DNA of 64,000 bases from Macrostomum lignano (Eukaryota), in contig NIVC01000376.1 of the NCBI GenBank assembly GCA_002269645.1, positions 62,001-126,000 of the forward strand. The letters are read 5' to 3'. The notes under the pieces are model-generated. The model was given only the letters and a program-made list of their open reading frames with translations, made no database searches and was not told the origin of the DNA. Shown piece after piece: positions 41,701 to 54,200 of this stretch (its first letter is position 1; each line of letters opens with the position of its first letter). The translations under genes were made by a program, and so were the position numbers.

Positions 41701-44700
41701 CGCTTATACTGTACATGACCTGATCAGAGGGAAGGAGGGGAATGGCTAGGATGGGAGAAGCAGAGATGCAGCGATGCTCTCGCTAAATTAGTAGCTTATA
41801 GCTGAGGTGGCAGTGTTTTCCAGCTTGATATGCACGCAGTTGCACTCGAGGATGCCTTGAAGCAACTTGTCGATAAAAAGATCACTGTTAAGGGCTCGTA
41901 ATCGTTTGAAGAAACTGCAATTTATGAATTGAATTTGGTTCATAGCTTGTACAGGAAAGGTTTTTCGAAGGTAAAAAGTTACCGAATGCCTCTATATAGC
42001 CACTGAGTCCTACTGCCTAAAGCCTTCTTTGCTCAATGTAGGCTCGTGCAACAGAAAATCAAGACCTATCCTGTAGCGACTTATCCAAACCCAATTAAGT
42101 TGAAAGGTTTTCGGCAGTGGTTGGACAAGTTATTTTAAAAAAGTAACGATAACACAAGGTACGATTGCTACCTTGATGCCTGCCTGCGGCGCCAAAATGA
42201 GTGCCTGTGGCGCCAAAATGAGTGCCTGCCTACGGCGCCAAATTGCGTAAATGCCTGCGGTGCCAAAATGAGTGCCTGCGGGGCCCAAAATGAGGGCCTG
42301 TCTGAAGCGCCAAAATGAGTGCTAACAATACCAATTCTCAAAGTTATGACATGAGGGAATTAATTCACTTGGAATGTAGAATTCTTGGCTTTGTCGTCCC
42401 CCACTATAAAATGCATGGCGACTCCCACGAGCAAAGGGGATGCTTCAACTGACTCGATAACTTTTTTGTTTTCTAGCTTGTACTATTAGTTCGAGTTCGT
42501 GAAACACCCCCGCCACATTGATGCATGTAAAACACCTGCAAAATGATGAACATGAGCAAAAGCCAGCCCCAATGTCCCTTAAAAATCAGGTGATGAACCT
42601 TCGCTACGGCTTCATAAAGGAGGTCCAGTACAAATATCGCCAGACTGCCAACAAAGTGCTGAACATGTTCAGCGAAGTGTTCGCTTGGATGCCCCTAGCA
42701 ACCGTTATTGACGACCGGGTGTTTGTCACCCACGGCGGCATCTCGGACAAGGTCGACTTGGACAGAGTTCGGAGACTCGACCGGCATCGGTACGTGAGCG
42801 TGCTCCGGCCGCCGGTGGCAAAGTCTAGCGATGAGAAGGTGGACTACATGGAGTGGCGCCAGGTGCTGGACCTGCTGTGGAGCGACCCGAAGGCGCAGCC
42901 GGGCTGCAAGCCGAACACGTTCCGCGGCGGCGGCTGCTACTTCGGACCGAATGTGACCCGAGCGTTTCTGGACAAGTACGGCTACAAACTGCTGGTGAGG
43001 TCGCACGAGTGCAAGCAGGACGGTTGGGAGTTTTGCCACGAGGACACCGTGCTGACGGTCTTCTCCGCCTCCAACTACTACGAGGAGGGCAGCAACAAGG
43101 GCGCCTACGTGAAGTTCGACAGCGAGTGCCGGCCCCGGCTGGTGCAGTTCGTGGCCAGCCGGAGGGACAAGCTGCCGAAGGGCCAGCGATTGTCCAGCGT
43201 GGAGGAGAGCGCGCTGCGCGATTTGCGCGGCAAAATTCTGGCCAACAAAAGCGAACTAATCGATGCTTTCCTGCGTCTGGATCCGGAGAAAACCGGCGCG
43301 ATCCGGGTGTCGCAGTGGTGCAGCACCATGGAGGAGCAGCTCAGACTGGAGCTGCCCTGGCGCACGCTGCGGCCACACCTAGCCCAGCTCAACAAGGATG
43401 GCCGCCTGTTGTACATGTCCACATTTCAGCGAGCGGCTATTCAGCACCGACTGAGCGGAGGCAAGGAGATGGCTAACTCGGTCACAGAAACCGTGTACAA
43501 GAACAAAGAGGAGCTGGAGACGATTTTTAGAATCATGGACAAGGTAAATATTTTAGAATTCGATAAATGAAGGTAGAGGATAAATTGAATTTCTATCAGA
43601 TTTTCTGAAGTCATCTAGCTGGAGATGATACATATATATATATGTACATACTCAGCAACATGGAGAAGTCGCCACACTCTATGCGCATGTGAGCAATTTC
43701 TCTTGGATTATTATGAACTAAAAGATACGAGAAAACTGATTGGGGTAGCTTTAATCCGTCCAACCCTCGCACACAGCTCCCCCCCCCCCACTTCATTCCT
43801 CAACTCAAGTCTTCCGCGGCGTAGCTAAGTTGCGTCACTCGCAAAGATTGAGAGACTTTTTAATCTGCACTCTCAAAAGTGGCGACCACAGATGAAATCT
43901 TCTGTGATGGCGACTTTTCGATGTTGCTGAGTATATCTTATTACATCGTTTCGTACTATACTCAGCAACAGTCAAAAGTTCCACCCCACTAAGCGAGATG
44001 ATTTTTTCACTTATTGCGATTGACGCAACCTACGGCACGCGCAAAGCTTATTGCCGCTTGGGGGTGGCTTGGGTCTGCTTAATGGTCCAGGCCTGGACAT
44101 TAAGCAGACCCAAGCCCAGGAACAACGCCCCGCCACACCAAGCCGATGCTGTTCGTCAACTGAAGGAACAGCTACAGCTGCGCACTCTGCGCTGGCCTTC
44201 CCGGTCCCCAGACATGAATCCCATCGAGCATGTCTGGGACTTCCTGAAACGTAGCATTCGAAAAGAGAATCCACCATAGAATGTTGCGGAGAGCTCTGCG
44301 TCATGCCATTGAAAACGCTTCGGAGCGGCTTCTCCAGGACTTTCTGCGCCGCCTCATCATTGGGATGCCCCGCAGAGTCGTCACACTTCTGCGTGCGAGG
44401 GGATCCAACACGCATCCCGATTCTAACTGAATATTGCATAAAAATTATTATTTTTACTACGAGTATTGATAGTCAATCAACTTTCTCTTCCTCGCGGCGG
44501 CTTAGTTGCGTAACTTGAGGGTTGAATTGTGAGTGTGAAGTTTTCGCAATTTGGAAGGTGGAACGTTTGACTGTTGCTGAGTATATATGGGGCCAGAACA
44601 AGAACAACTGACTCAAGCGCGTGTGACCCATGCACCATCATGCATCACATGCAACATTCATTTGGGGCTTGTGCATTTCCCGGAGGGGCTGTGCACGTGG

Positions 44701-45716
44701 TACGACGATTCACAGCCCACGAATGCCAACGGCCCCAGGGGCACAGGGAATGTACACTCAGTAACAGTCAAAACCGCCACCCTACACCCTACCGAGAGAG
44801 GCGACTTCTCTCTCACCTCAACTGCAAGTGACGTAACTTGCGCCAAACGTGGCTAAAGCTGGGTGAGAGTGAATTCCAGGGTCTGGAAACAAAAGGGACT
44901 GGGGTTGGGGTTGGGGGTGCAACAGTAAACGTGACAATGGTCAGGCATATGACAGACGCTGAACGATGGCGCGCTGTTGGCATGCTAGAAGCTGGTGCAT
45001 CCATCAGCGCAGTTGCTCGCCAATTTGGCCGATCACGTTCAACAATTCGAGCGCTGTTAACGAAGTCCCAAGACACTGGTAGTGTTCAGCACGCAGCCAT
45101 AGGCAGCCAGCGCCATGATCTCCGCGGCTCAACAGCCAGGGCAAATCGACGTCTGCTGCGGATTGTCAGGCGAACTCCGACAGCGTTAGCCACCCTGCTC
45201 CGTCTAATGTGGGGTGAAAGAAGCAGATGGGGCATCCCCTGATTGCCCTCTCCTGCATTCACTCTCACCCAGCTTTAGCCACGCCGTGGCGAAGTTACGT
45301 CACTTGCAGTTGAGGTGAGAGAGAAGTCGCCTCTCTCGGTAGGGTGGCGGTTTTGACTGTTGCTGAGTGTACACTATGTGAGCGTGTGCATACAAGCAGG
45401 TGCTCATAAATCCTCATATCTTTCACTAGAGTATACTTAGAAAACAAATCTTCTGCAACCAATTACCCGACAGGACAACAGCGGCCAAATCAGTCTGGAA
45501 GAGTTCAAAGAGTCGTGCCGAATTTTGTGCCAAGCAACCCAACGCCAGATGACTGAGGACGAAGTCGCCGATATGGCGAAATCTTTAGATTTGAATAGCG
45601 ACGGCTACATTGATTTCAACGAATTCCTGGAGGCCTTTCGCATTGTCGACTATCAGAGACAGGAGAGTCAGAAGCGACTGCTCGGCGATTCCGTTCAGTC
45701 GAGCGTGAGCGAGTGA
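38726..45716 (+). CDS. PPEF: Ser/Thr protein phosphatase with EF-hands (PPEF/rdgC); exons 38726-39463, 40471-40683, 42590-43543, 45474-45716 (~715 aa)
   Basis: N-terminal MGC; IQ motif [19 protein letters not shown]; PPP motifs GDLHG, GDFVDRG, NRGNHED, HGGIS, DLLWSDP, VRSHE, SASNY; EF-hands MDK|[11 protein letters not shown] and [13 protein letters not shown]. Three phase-0 GT-AG introns. Confidence 0.96.
39519..40125. mobile_element. Non-autonomous TIR element (hAT-like termini) carrying a 25-bp minisatellite; PPEF intron 1
   Basis: Perfect 13-bp inverted termini AGGAGCGTCGCCA (39520-39532) / TGGCGACGCTCCT (40112-40124); internal (CGCCAAAATGAGTGCCTGCCTGCGG)n. Confidence 0.7.
40745..41078. 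repeat. ~89-bp tandem repeat (~4 copies) in PPEF intron 2
   Basis: GCAGACAAGCTGAA recurs at 40771, 40859, 40949 and 41039. Confidence 0.9.
42175..42430. mobile_element. Decayed second copy of the minisatellite-bearing TIR element (right half)
   Basis: Few 25-bp units, then GTGCTAACAA...GTAGAATTCTT.GCTTTGTC...ATGGCGAC as in 40030-40120. Confidence 0.6.
43649..43933. mobile_element. Tc1-family MITE with no coding remnant
   Basis: TIRs TACTCAGCAACAT.GA.AAGTCGCCA; TA after the right end. Confidence 0.75.
43959..44583 (+). mobile_element. Internally deleted Tc1 element retaining the C-terminal DD34E half of the transposase
   Basis: TA-flanked TIRs TACTCAGCAACAGTCAAA; (D>N)NAPPH...[19 protein letters not shown] with 34 residues between the D position and E; then [20 protein letters not shown]. 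Confidence 0.88.
44755..45369 (+). mobile_element. Internally deleted Tc1 element retaining the N-terminal HTH half of the transposase; ~125-bp TIRs
   Basis: TA|CACTCAG...CTGAGTG|TA; from 44937 [50 protein letters not shown]. Confidence 0.88.
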
Positions 45717-46019
45717 TATCAAACTGGGTCCAATGTCTCGAAAAGGCATTATTTACGAGTGTTTAAAAGTTTTCACGATTTCAGCTTTAATATGATGTTT
45801 CGTATTGTTTTGCTTTTGCAACCAATTCCTCTTGTTTTGGGGCAATACGAATAGCTTCTTTCGAGAGGTTTCGGCTTTTTTCACATTGCACGCTGAGGAC
45901 TTTTTCTGTATGGCAAAATCTTCGTTGTATTCTTCACTTGTTAGATAGTGATTTGGAAATGATTTTTCTAGGGATATAGCCCTTCACTTTCAGTCTTGGT
46001 TACTTTTGTAGTCTCTTGG

Positions 46020-46495
46020 ACACTTAGGTGATTTGTGTCTTGTCTTGTCATTGGTTGGGCAATGTGTCTTGTGATTAGTTGGGCAGGCACTGTGTCTTGT
46101 GATTGATTGGGCACTGTGTCTTGTGATTGATTAGGCCCTGTGTCCTGTGATTAGTTGGGCACTGTGTCTTGTGATTGATTGGGCACTGTGTCTTGTGATT
46201 GATTAGGCCCTGTGTCCTGTGATTAGTTGGGCACTGTGTCTTGTGATTGATTGGGCACTGTGTCTTGTGATTGATTAGGCCCTGTGTCCTGTGATTAGTT
46301 GGGCACTGTGTCTTGTGATTGATTGGGCACTGTGTCTTGTGATTGATTAGGCCCTGTGTCCTGTGATTAGTTGGGCACTGTGTCTTGTGATTGATTGGGC
46401 ACTGTGTCTTGTGATTGATTGGGCACTGTGTCTTGCAATTGGTTGGGCACTGTGTCTTGTGATTGGTTGGGCACTGTGTCTTGTGATTGATCAGC
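46020..46495. repeat. 24-bp minisatellite with a 72-bp higher-order period
   Basis: Variant AGGCCCTG at 46133, 46205, 46277 and 46349. Confidence 0.93.
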
Positions 46496-47114
46496 AAATC
46501 AGCAAATTTTACTTATGAACCGAACCGTTTGTTGGGAAAAAAGAAAAAGTAATAAAAAACAAAGAAAAATATTTTTTGACAAAATTATTACCAATTATTT
46601 TTTTGCACCCCAAATTTATTCACGTCAAAAATGCAACGAATTAATTTTACACAACTCGATCCTGTGATAATCAGAATTCTGTACCAATAAAAAATAATTT
46701 TTATAAGAGTATTAACACAGTAAAAGATTGCGTTATGTTTCTATTTTTATCTATCAATGCAATTAGCACCTAATTTTCGCACTTATATTGGTCAATCATA
46801 TTTTGTTTTTATTAATAACTTCTACCTTTTTCTATAAGTCTCTAATCGGCCTTTCTGTATCGCAACTTTCCGAGATACAAAAATACACAATTCAGTAGAG
46901 AAGACTAAATTAGCTTTATCAGTATTCAAGATCATCGAGATATATTTGACAATTGGTCTTTAAATGAAGGTTTGAAATTATTCTCATTGAAAGAACTAAC
47001 TCTGCGTAAGGTTTTTGGGCAAATTAAATCCGTATAATACCTAATGTTCACATTAAAAAATAAATTCAGGCTCTTTTACTCGTAGAATCTTCAAAGTTCA
47101 CATTCATCTCATTT

Positions 47115-47972
47115 CACGCAGGCTCTTTCACAATCTCCAAGGTTCACACTCACCCAATTTTATGCAGGCTCTTTCACAATCTCCAAGGTTCACATTCACC
47201 CAATTCTATGCAGGCTCTTTCACAATCTCCAAGGTTCACATTCACCCAATTATATGCAGGCTCTTTCACAATCTCCAAGGTTCACATTCACCCAATTCTA
47301 TGCAGGCTCTTTCACAATCTCCAAAGTTCACATTCACCCAATTTTATTCAGGCTCTTTCACAATCTCCCAGGTTCACATTCACCCAGTTTTATTCAGGCT
47401 CTTTCACAATCTCCAAAGTTCACATTCACCCAATTTTATGCAGGCTCTTTCACAATCTCCCAGGTTCACATTCACTCAATTTTATGCAGGCTCTTTCACA
47501 ATCTCCAAAGTTCACATTCACCCAATTTTATGCAGGCTCTTTCACAATCTCCCAGGTTCACATTCACCCAGTTTTATTCAGGCTCTTTCACAATCTCCAA
47601 GGTTCACATTCACCCAATTCTATGCAGGCTCTTTCACAATCTCCAAAGTTCACATTCACCCAATTTTATTCAGGCTCTTTCACAATCTCCCAGGTTCACA
47701 TTCACCCAGTTTTATTCAGGCTCTTTCACAATCTCCAAAGTTCACATTCACCCAATTTTATGCAGGCTCTTTCACAATCTCCCAGGTTCACATTCACTCA
47801 ATTTTATGCAGGCTCTTTCACAATCTCCAAAGTTCACATTCACCCAATTTTATGCAGGCTCTTTCACAATCTCCAAAGTTCACATTCACCCAATTTTATG
47901 CAGGCTCTTTCACAATCTCCAAAGTTCACATTCACCCAATTTTATCAGGCTCTTTCACAATCTCCAAAGTTC
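47115..47972. repeat. 46-bp minisatellite (~18 copies)
   Basis: TTTATGCAGGCTCTTTCACAATCTCCAAAGTTCACATTCACCCAAT units; open in all three + frames. Confidence 0.96.
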
Positions 47973-48667
47973 AGATTTGTGTGTCACGGTGTGTGTGTGT
48001 GTACATTGCCCAGAACTCACGAGTTTCTTTATCTTAGAAAACTAGGAGATTAGAGCTATTTTTAGAAACAACTAACTGACTCAAAAAGAGGCACGTTGCC
48101 TTGCAGGCAAATATTATTTATAGTTAGCTGACACGCAATAAATACATATAGAGTACAACGTGTGTGTACTGTCTTGACCTGCTCAAATTTTGCTTGAGTG
48201 AACATGGCTTGTTTCAATAAATTTTCAAATTAAACAGAATAAATAAAAATCTGCGCTTGGATAGTAAATACCCTCTACTTATCAAATCCTCTCTACACCT
48301 CACACATTTTCTCTCTACCTCACAGATTCCCTCTCTGCCTTGCAAATCCTCTTTCCTATAAATAGCTGCGTCTCATATTCTCTACTTACTCGTTATTATA
48401 CTCGTCAGTCTTGAGTACAAAGCGCTAAAAGGGGAAAATCTTGTTCCTATTGATAGAAAGAGTAGCGTAATATTTCAAAAGTAAAAATTAACTGCAAATA
48501 AGCGACAAAAATAGAATGTAAACAAAAGATGAACATAACAAAACGAAAGTTATTTTAAGCACCGATAAAACGAAGAAAAATGCTGTAGCTGTATATTTTT
48601 GAAAAAAGGTGAACTTTTGTAAAGAACATGAGGGAAACTTATTGAAAAGATTGTAGAAATTAGACTT

Positions 48668-48778
48668 GAGGCATGTCCTGAAGGATTGGAGGGAGTTGAG
48701 GCCTGCCCTGAAGGATTGGAGGGAGTTGAGGCATGCCCTGAAGGATTGGAGGGAGTTGAGGCATGCCCTGAAGGATTG
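48668..48778. repeat. 30-bp repeat (~4 copies)
   Basis: GAGGCATGCCCTGAAGGATTGGAGGGAGTT. Confidence 0.9.
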
Positions 48779-49035
48779 AAATGGACTTGGATCTATATAC
48801 GCTCGTATCAGTACGAGCTAGATAGATAGACAAACAACTCTGCAATTAGAGAAAACACCGGGCACCTGACATTTAGTAAACGGCGCGAGTAACTTTAACT
48901 GTCTATTTATATTTAAGTAACTCGCCAGCTGATTAGTCCTAAAATGTTATATTAGTCTGTGTATGGTAGATAGGACGAGTAACTTTACCCATATTTTTGT
49001 ACCTAAGTGACTCGTCATCTAATTAGTAAGGATCC

Positions 49036-49626
49036 TCAGACGTCAGCAGCATCCAGGCGCTGCTCCAGCTCAGACAGCAGGTCCAGCTGCTCAGCGCAGC
49101 CCGCCCGCGCCGCCGCCAGCCGCGCCTTCTGCTCAGCGAAATCTTTCACCCAGGTGTGTAAGCGCGCCTCCTCTAACTGGGCGCTGTCTAGCGCGCTACG
49201 CGCCGCTTCCAATCGCGCCAGATAGTCTTCCGCCTCCGAGCGCATCGAGTCGCCGCTATTCATCAGCCGGTCGAGCAGTCGACAGGCGGCGTCGTTGTGA
49301 ACGAAAAACTCTTCGAAGCTGTGGGCGCTGCTGACGGCCCGCTGGGCTTCCGCCTCGCGCAGCGCCGCCTCCACGCCGCTGGCCCGAGAGGCGGCGCCGC
49401 TGGCCTCGGCGACGTAAGCGGCGGTCTCGTTCGCTGCCTCGGTCAGTTCGGCGCGCAGTCGGACAATCTGTCCAGCTAGCTGGCGCAGACCGGACACTTC
49501 GTCTTCGACAGCTTGGCGCAGCGACTGCCAGCTGTTCTGCGCCTTGGCCGACCGGCTGCGCTCGGTGGCCGCGTGCGTCTCCGCGTCGCGAATCTCCGTC
49601 AGGATCTTCTCGAATTCGTTCTCCAT
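49036..49626 (-). CDS. Single-exon 196-aa predicted coiled-coil protein, family not recognised
   Basis: GC-rich island with codon usage like the PAK/PPEF exons; ATG in GCCGCGATGG context; Ala/Glu/Leu/Arg-rich helical composition; not repeat-derived. Confidence 0.65.
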   Translation of the reverse strand: MENEFEKILTEIRDAETHAATERSRSAKAQNSWQSLRQAVEDEVSGLRQLAGQIVRLRAELTEAANETAAYVAEASGAASRASGVEAALREAEAQRAVSSAHSFEEFFVHNDAACRLLDRLMNSGDSMRSEAEDYLARLEAARSALDSAQLEEARLHTWVKDFAEQKARLAAARAGCAEQLDLLSELEQRLDAADV

Positions 49627-49689
49627 CGCGGCTTGGCTGGCTTATTGGCAAACGGGTGCAGATAAGCGGCGGATAATCGTGGGCTGATA

Positions 49690-50165
49690 AGCTATGGGGC
49701 TGTAGATAAGCGATAGAATGGCTTTAGATAAACGGTAGAATGGCTGTAGCTAAGCGGTAGTGCTATAGATGAAATGGTAGAATGGCTGCAGCTAAGCTGT
49801 ATAGCTGTAGATGAAATGGTAGAATGGCTGTAGATAAGCGGTATAGCTGTAGATGAAGTGGTAGAATGGCTGTAGATGAAGTGGTAGAATGGCTGTAGAT
49901 GAAGTAGTAGAATGGCTGTAGATGAAGTGGTAGAATGGCTGTAGATGAAGTGGTAGAATGGCTGTAGATAAAGTGGTAGAATGGCTGTAGATGAAGTGGT
50001 AGAATGGCTGTAGATAAAGTGGTAGAATGGCTGTAGATGAAGTGGTAGAATGGCTTTGGTAGAGCTGTAGATAAAGTGGTAGAATGGCTGTAGTTAAAGT
50101 GGTAGAATGGCAGTAGATGAAGTAGTAGAATGGCTGTAGATGAAGTGGTAGAATGGCTGTAGACA
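49690..50165. repeat. 23-bp minisatellite (TAGATGAAGTGGTAGAATGGCTG) immediately 5' of the coiled-coil gene
   Basis: Direct reading. Confidence 0.95.
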
Positions 50166-50879
50166 ATCGGATGAAGGGACTGCAGATACATGTACAGTAC
50201 TATAACAGCTAAAAGTACTGTACAGGTAACATTTTCAGTCAGTTACAGGGCTTTAAAGCCGCGGTGAAAGACTGTATCTTATGGTTTGTGTTTTCTGTTG
50301 CATGTTTGGAAAAAAATTATTAAAAAACTTAGTGATTGGTCAAAATGAATATATACATCATTTTCTACTTTTATTAGTTAGTTTCGAATTTTGCTGGGCA
50401 TGTTTATTAATATTTAGCGTAATAGCGCGTCTCACTTTTCGAGTAAAAGTACATCAATTTCTCGGATTGCAGTCCCTGCCAAAATTGGGCACTTTTGTGC
50501 ATGACCTTGAAATGAAATTTGACAGGTATGCAAGCTGGGATTTTGATGGCATGAAGTAATATGTAGTCAAATGAAAAAAATGAGAGATTTTTTGCATTCC
50601 AATGACACCTCCATCAGACTAGTTGAATTTCAGGCGCGTATCGATTGGGTAAAGAAATGAGAATAAGAAAGAAAGCTGAAACAAATTATTTTAAGACAGG
50701 CTGTAAAATTTATTGAAGAGCTTTTTTAATTTTAGATACAACTAGCAATCTTCGCCCCCCGTTGGGGGACATCTGTATAGAATCTCTGTTCTCTACATGT
50801 AATAAGAAAATAGCCAAAAAAAGCTTTTACAAAGAAAACAGACAAACTACTCAAATGAAGTGCAATGCAAAAAGAAATC

Positions 50880-51200
50880 ATCCCAAGACAGCAAGCATCA
50901 CCCAGAGAGAAAGCATCCCCCAGATAGCAAGCATCACCCAGATAGCAAGCATCCCCCAGATAGCAAGCATCCCCCAGATTGCAAGCATCCCCCGGATAGC
51001 AAGCATCACCCAAATAGCAAGCATCCCCAGATAGCAAGCATCCCCCAGATAGCAAGCATCACCCAAATAGCAAGCATCCCCAGATAGCAAGCATCCCCCA
51101 GATAGCAAGCATCCCCCAGATAGCAAGCATCCCCAAGATACAAGCTAGCAAGCATCCCCCAGATAGATAGCATCCCCAAATAGCAAGCATCCACCAGACA
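50880..51200. repeat. 18-bp minisatellite (CCAGATAGCAAGCATCCC)
   Basis: Direct reading. Confidence 0.95.
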
Positions 51201-51279
51201 ATAAGTAGCTAGTGCGACAATTTCCTTAGCATTATAGTGGCTCCTTTAAAATTCGCTCACTTTTACGTTTGAAATTGTG

Positions 51280-54200
51280 TATCTTTTATGTTTGACATGG
51301 TGGCTCTTTTATGTTTGAAATGAAGTCACTTATATGTTTGACATGGTGAATCTTTTAAATGTTTTACAGGTTGGCTCTTTAAGTTTCAACATGGTGGCTC
51401 TTTTATGTTCGACATAGTGGCTCCTTTATGTTCGACATGGTGGCTCTTTTATATTAGAAATGGTGGCTCTTTTATGTTCGACATGGTGGTTCTTTCATGT
51501 TCGAAATGGTTGGCTCTTTTATGTTTGAAATAAAGTCTCTTATATGTTCGACATGGTGGCTCTTTAATGTTCGACACGATGGAACTTTAATGTTTGATAT
51601 GGTGGCTCTTTAATGTTTGACATGGTAGCTCTTTAATGTTCAACATGGTGGCTCTTTTATGTTTGAAATAAAGTCTCTTATATGTTTGACATGGTGGCTC
51701 TTTAATGTTCTACATGGTGGCTCTTTAATGTTAGACATGGAGTCACATATATGCTTTACATGGTGGTTCTTTTATGTTTGACATGGTGGCTCTTTAATAT
51801 TTGACATGGTGGCTCTTTAATGTTTGGCATGGTGGCTCTTTAATGTTTGACATGGTGGCTCTTTTATGTTTGACATGGTGGCTCTTTAATGTTTGGCATG
51901 GTGGCTCTTTTATGTTTGACATGGTAACTTTTTAATGTTTGATATGTAGGCTCTTTAATGTTTGACATGGTGGCTCTTTAATGTTCCACATGGTGGCTCT
52001 TCTATGTTTGATATGGGGGGCTCTTTAATTTTTGACATGGTGGCTCCTTAATGTTCCACATGGTGGCTCTTTAATGTTGCACATGGAGTCATATATGCTT
52101 GACATGGTGGCTCTTCTATGTTTGATATGGTGGCTCTTTAATGTTCGACATGGTGGCTCTTTTATGTTTGACATGGTGGCTCTTTAATGTTCAACATGGT
52201 GGCTCTAATATTTGACATGGTGGCTCTTTAATGTTTGACATGGTGGCTCTTTTATGTTTGACATGGTGGCTCTTTAATGTTTGACATGGTGGCTCTTTAA
52301 TGTTTGGCATGGTGGCTCTTTTATGTTCAACATGGTGGCTCTAATGTTTGACATGGTGGCTCTTTTATGTTTAACATGGTGGCTCTTTTATGTTTGACAT
52401 GGTGGCTCTTTAATGTTTGGCATGGTGGATCTTTAATGTTTGACATGGAGTAATGTATATGCTTGACGTGGTGGTTCTTTTATGGTTGACATGGTGGCTT
52501 TTTTATGTTTGACATGGCGGTTCTTTTATGTTTGGCATGGTGGATCTTTAATGTTTGACATGGAGTAATGTATATGCTTGACGTGGTGGTTCTTTTATGG
52601 TTGACATGGTGGCTTTTTTATGTTTGACATGGCGGCTCTTTTATGTTTGGCATGGTGGCTCTTTGATGTTCGACATGGTGGCTCAATAATGTTCGACATG
52701 GTGGCTCTTTAATGTTTGACATGGTAGTTCTTTTATGTTTGATATGGTGGCTCTTTTATGTTTGGCATGGTGGCTCTTTAATGTCTGACATGGTGGCTCA
52801 ATAATGTTCAACATGGTGGCTCTTTAATGTTTGACATGGTAACTTTTTAATGTTTGATATGTAGGCTCTTTAATGTTTGACATGGTGGCTCTTTAATGTT
52901 CCACATGGTGGCTCTTCTATGTTCGATATGGGGGGCTCTTTAATTTTTGACATGGTGGCTCCTTAATGTTCCACATGGTGGCTCTTTAATGTTGGACATG
53001 GAGTCATATATGCTTGACATGGTGGCTCTTCTATGTTTGATATGGTGGCTCTTTAATGTTCGACATGGTGGCTCTTTTATGTTTGACATGGTGGCTCTTT
53101 AATGTTCAACATGGTGGCTCTAATGTTTGACATGGTGGCTCTTTTATGTTTAACATGGTGGCTCTTTTATGTTTGACATGGTGGATCTTTAATGTTTGAC
53201 ATGGAGTAATGTATATGCTTGACGTGGTGGTTCTTTTATGGTTGACATGGTGGCTTTTTTATGTTTGACATGGCGGCTCTTTTATGTTTGGCATGGTGGC
53301 TCTTTGATGTTCGACATGGTGGCTCAATAATGTTCGACATGGTGGCTCTTTAATGTTTGACATGGTAGTTCTTTTATGTTTGATATGGTGGCTCTTTTAT
53401 GTTTGGCATGGTGGCTCTTTAATGTCTGACATGGTGGCTCAATAATGTTCGACATGGTGGCTCTTTTATGTTTGACATGCTGGCTCTTTAATGTTTGACA
53501 TGGTGGCTCTTTAATGTTTGGCATGGTGGCTCTTTAATGTTTGACATGGTGGCTCTTTTATGTTTGACATGGAGTAATGTATATGCTTGACGTGGTGGTT
53601 CTTTTATGGTTGACATGGTGGCTCTTTTATGTTCGACATGGTGGCTCTTTTTTGTTTGGCATGGTGGCTCTTTAATGTTTGGCATGGTGGCTCTTTAATG
53701 TTTGACATGGTGGCTCTTTAATATTTGACATGGTGGCCCTTTTATGTTCGACATGGTGGCTCTTTAATGTTTGACATGGTGGCTCTTTACTTTTCGAAAT
53801 GGTGGCTCTGTTTTATGTTTGACATGGTGGCTCTTTAATGTTTGACATGGTGGCTCTTTAATGTTCGACATGGTGGCTCTTTAATGTTTTTATTTGTGTC
53901 TGTTTTATGTTTGACATGTTGGCTCTTTAATGTTCGACATGGTGGCTCTTTAATGTTTGACATGGTAGTTCTTTTATGTTTGATATGGTGGCTCTTTTAT
54001 GTTCGACATGGTGGCTCTTTTATGTTCGACATGGTGGCTCTTTAATGTTCGACATGGTGGCTTTTTAAGGTTTGAAATGGTGGCTCTTTTGTGTTTGACA
54101 TTGTGGCTCTTTAATGTTTGACATGGTGGCTTTCTATGTTTGACATGGTAGCACTTTAATCTTCGACATGGTGGCTCTTTAATTTTTGACATTGTGGCTC

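Noticed and set aside
48885-49038. SECIS element with selenocysteine readthrough of the TGA at 49036-49038
   Set aside because: An ATGA lies 5' of one hairpin, but the 3' GA of the non-Watson-Crick quartet is absent and another stop follows within 7 codons.
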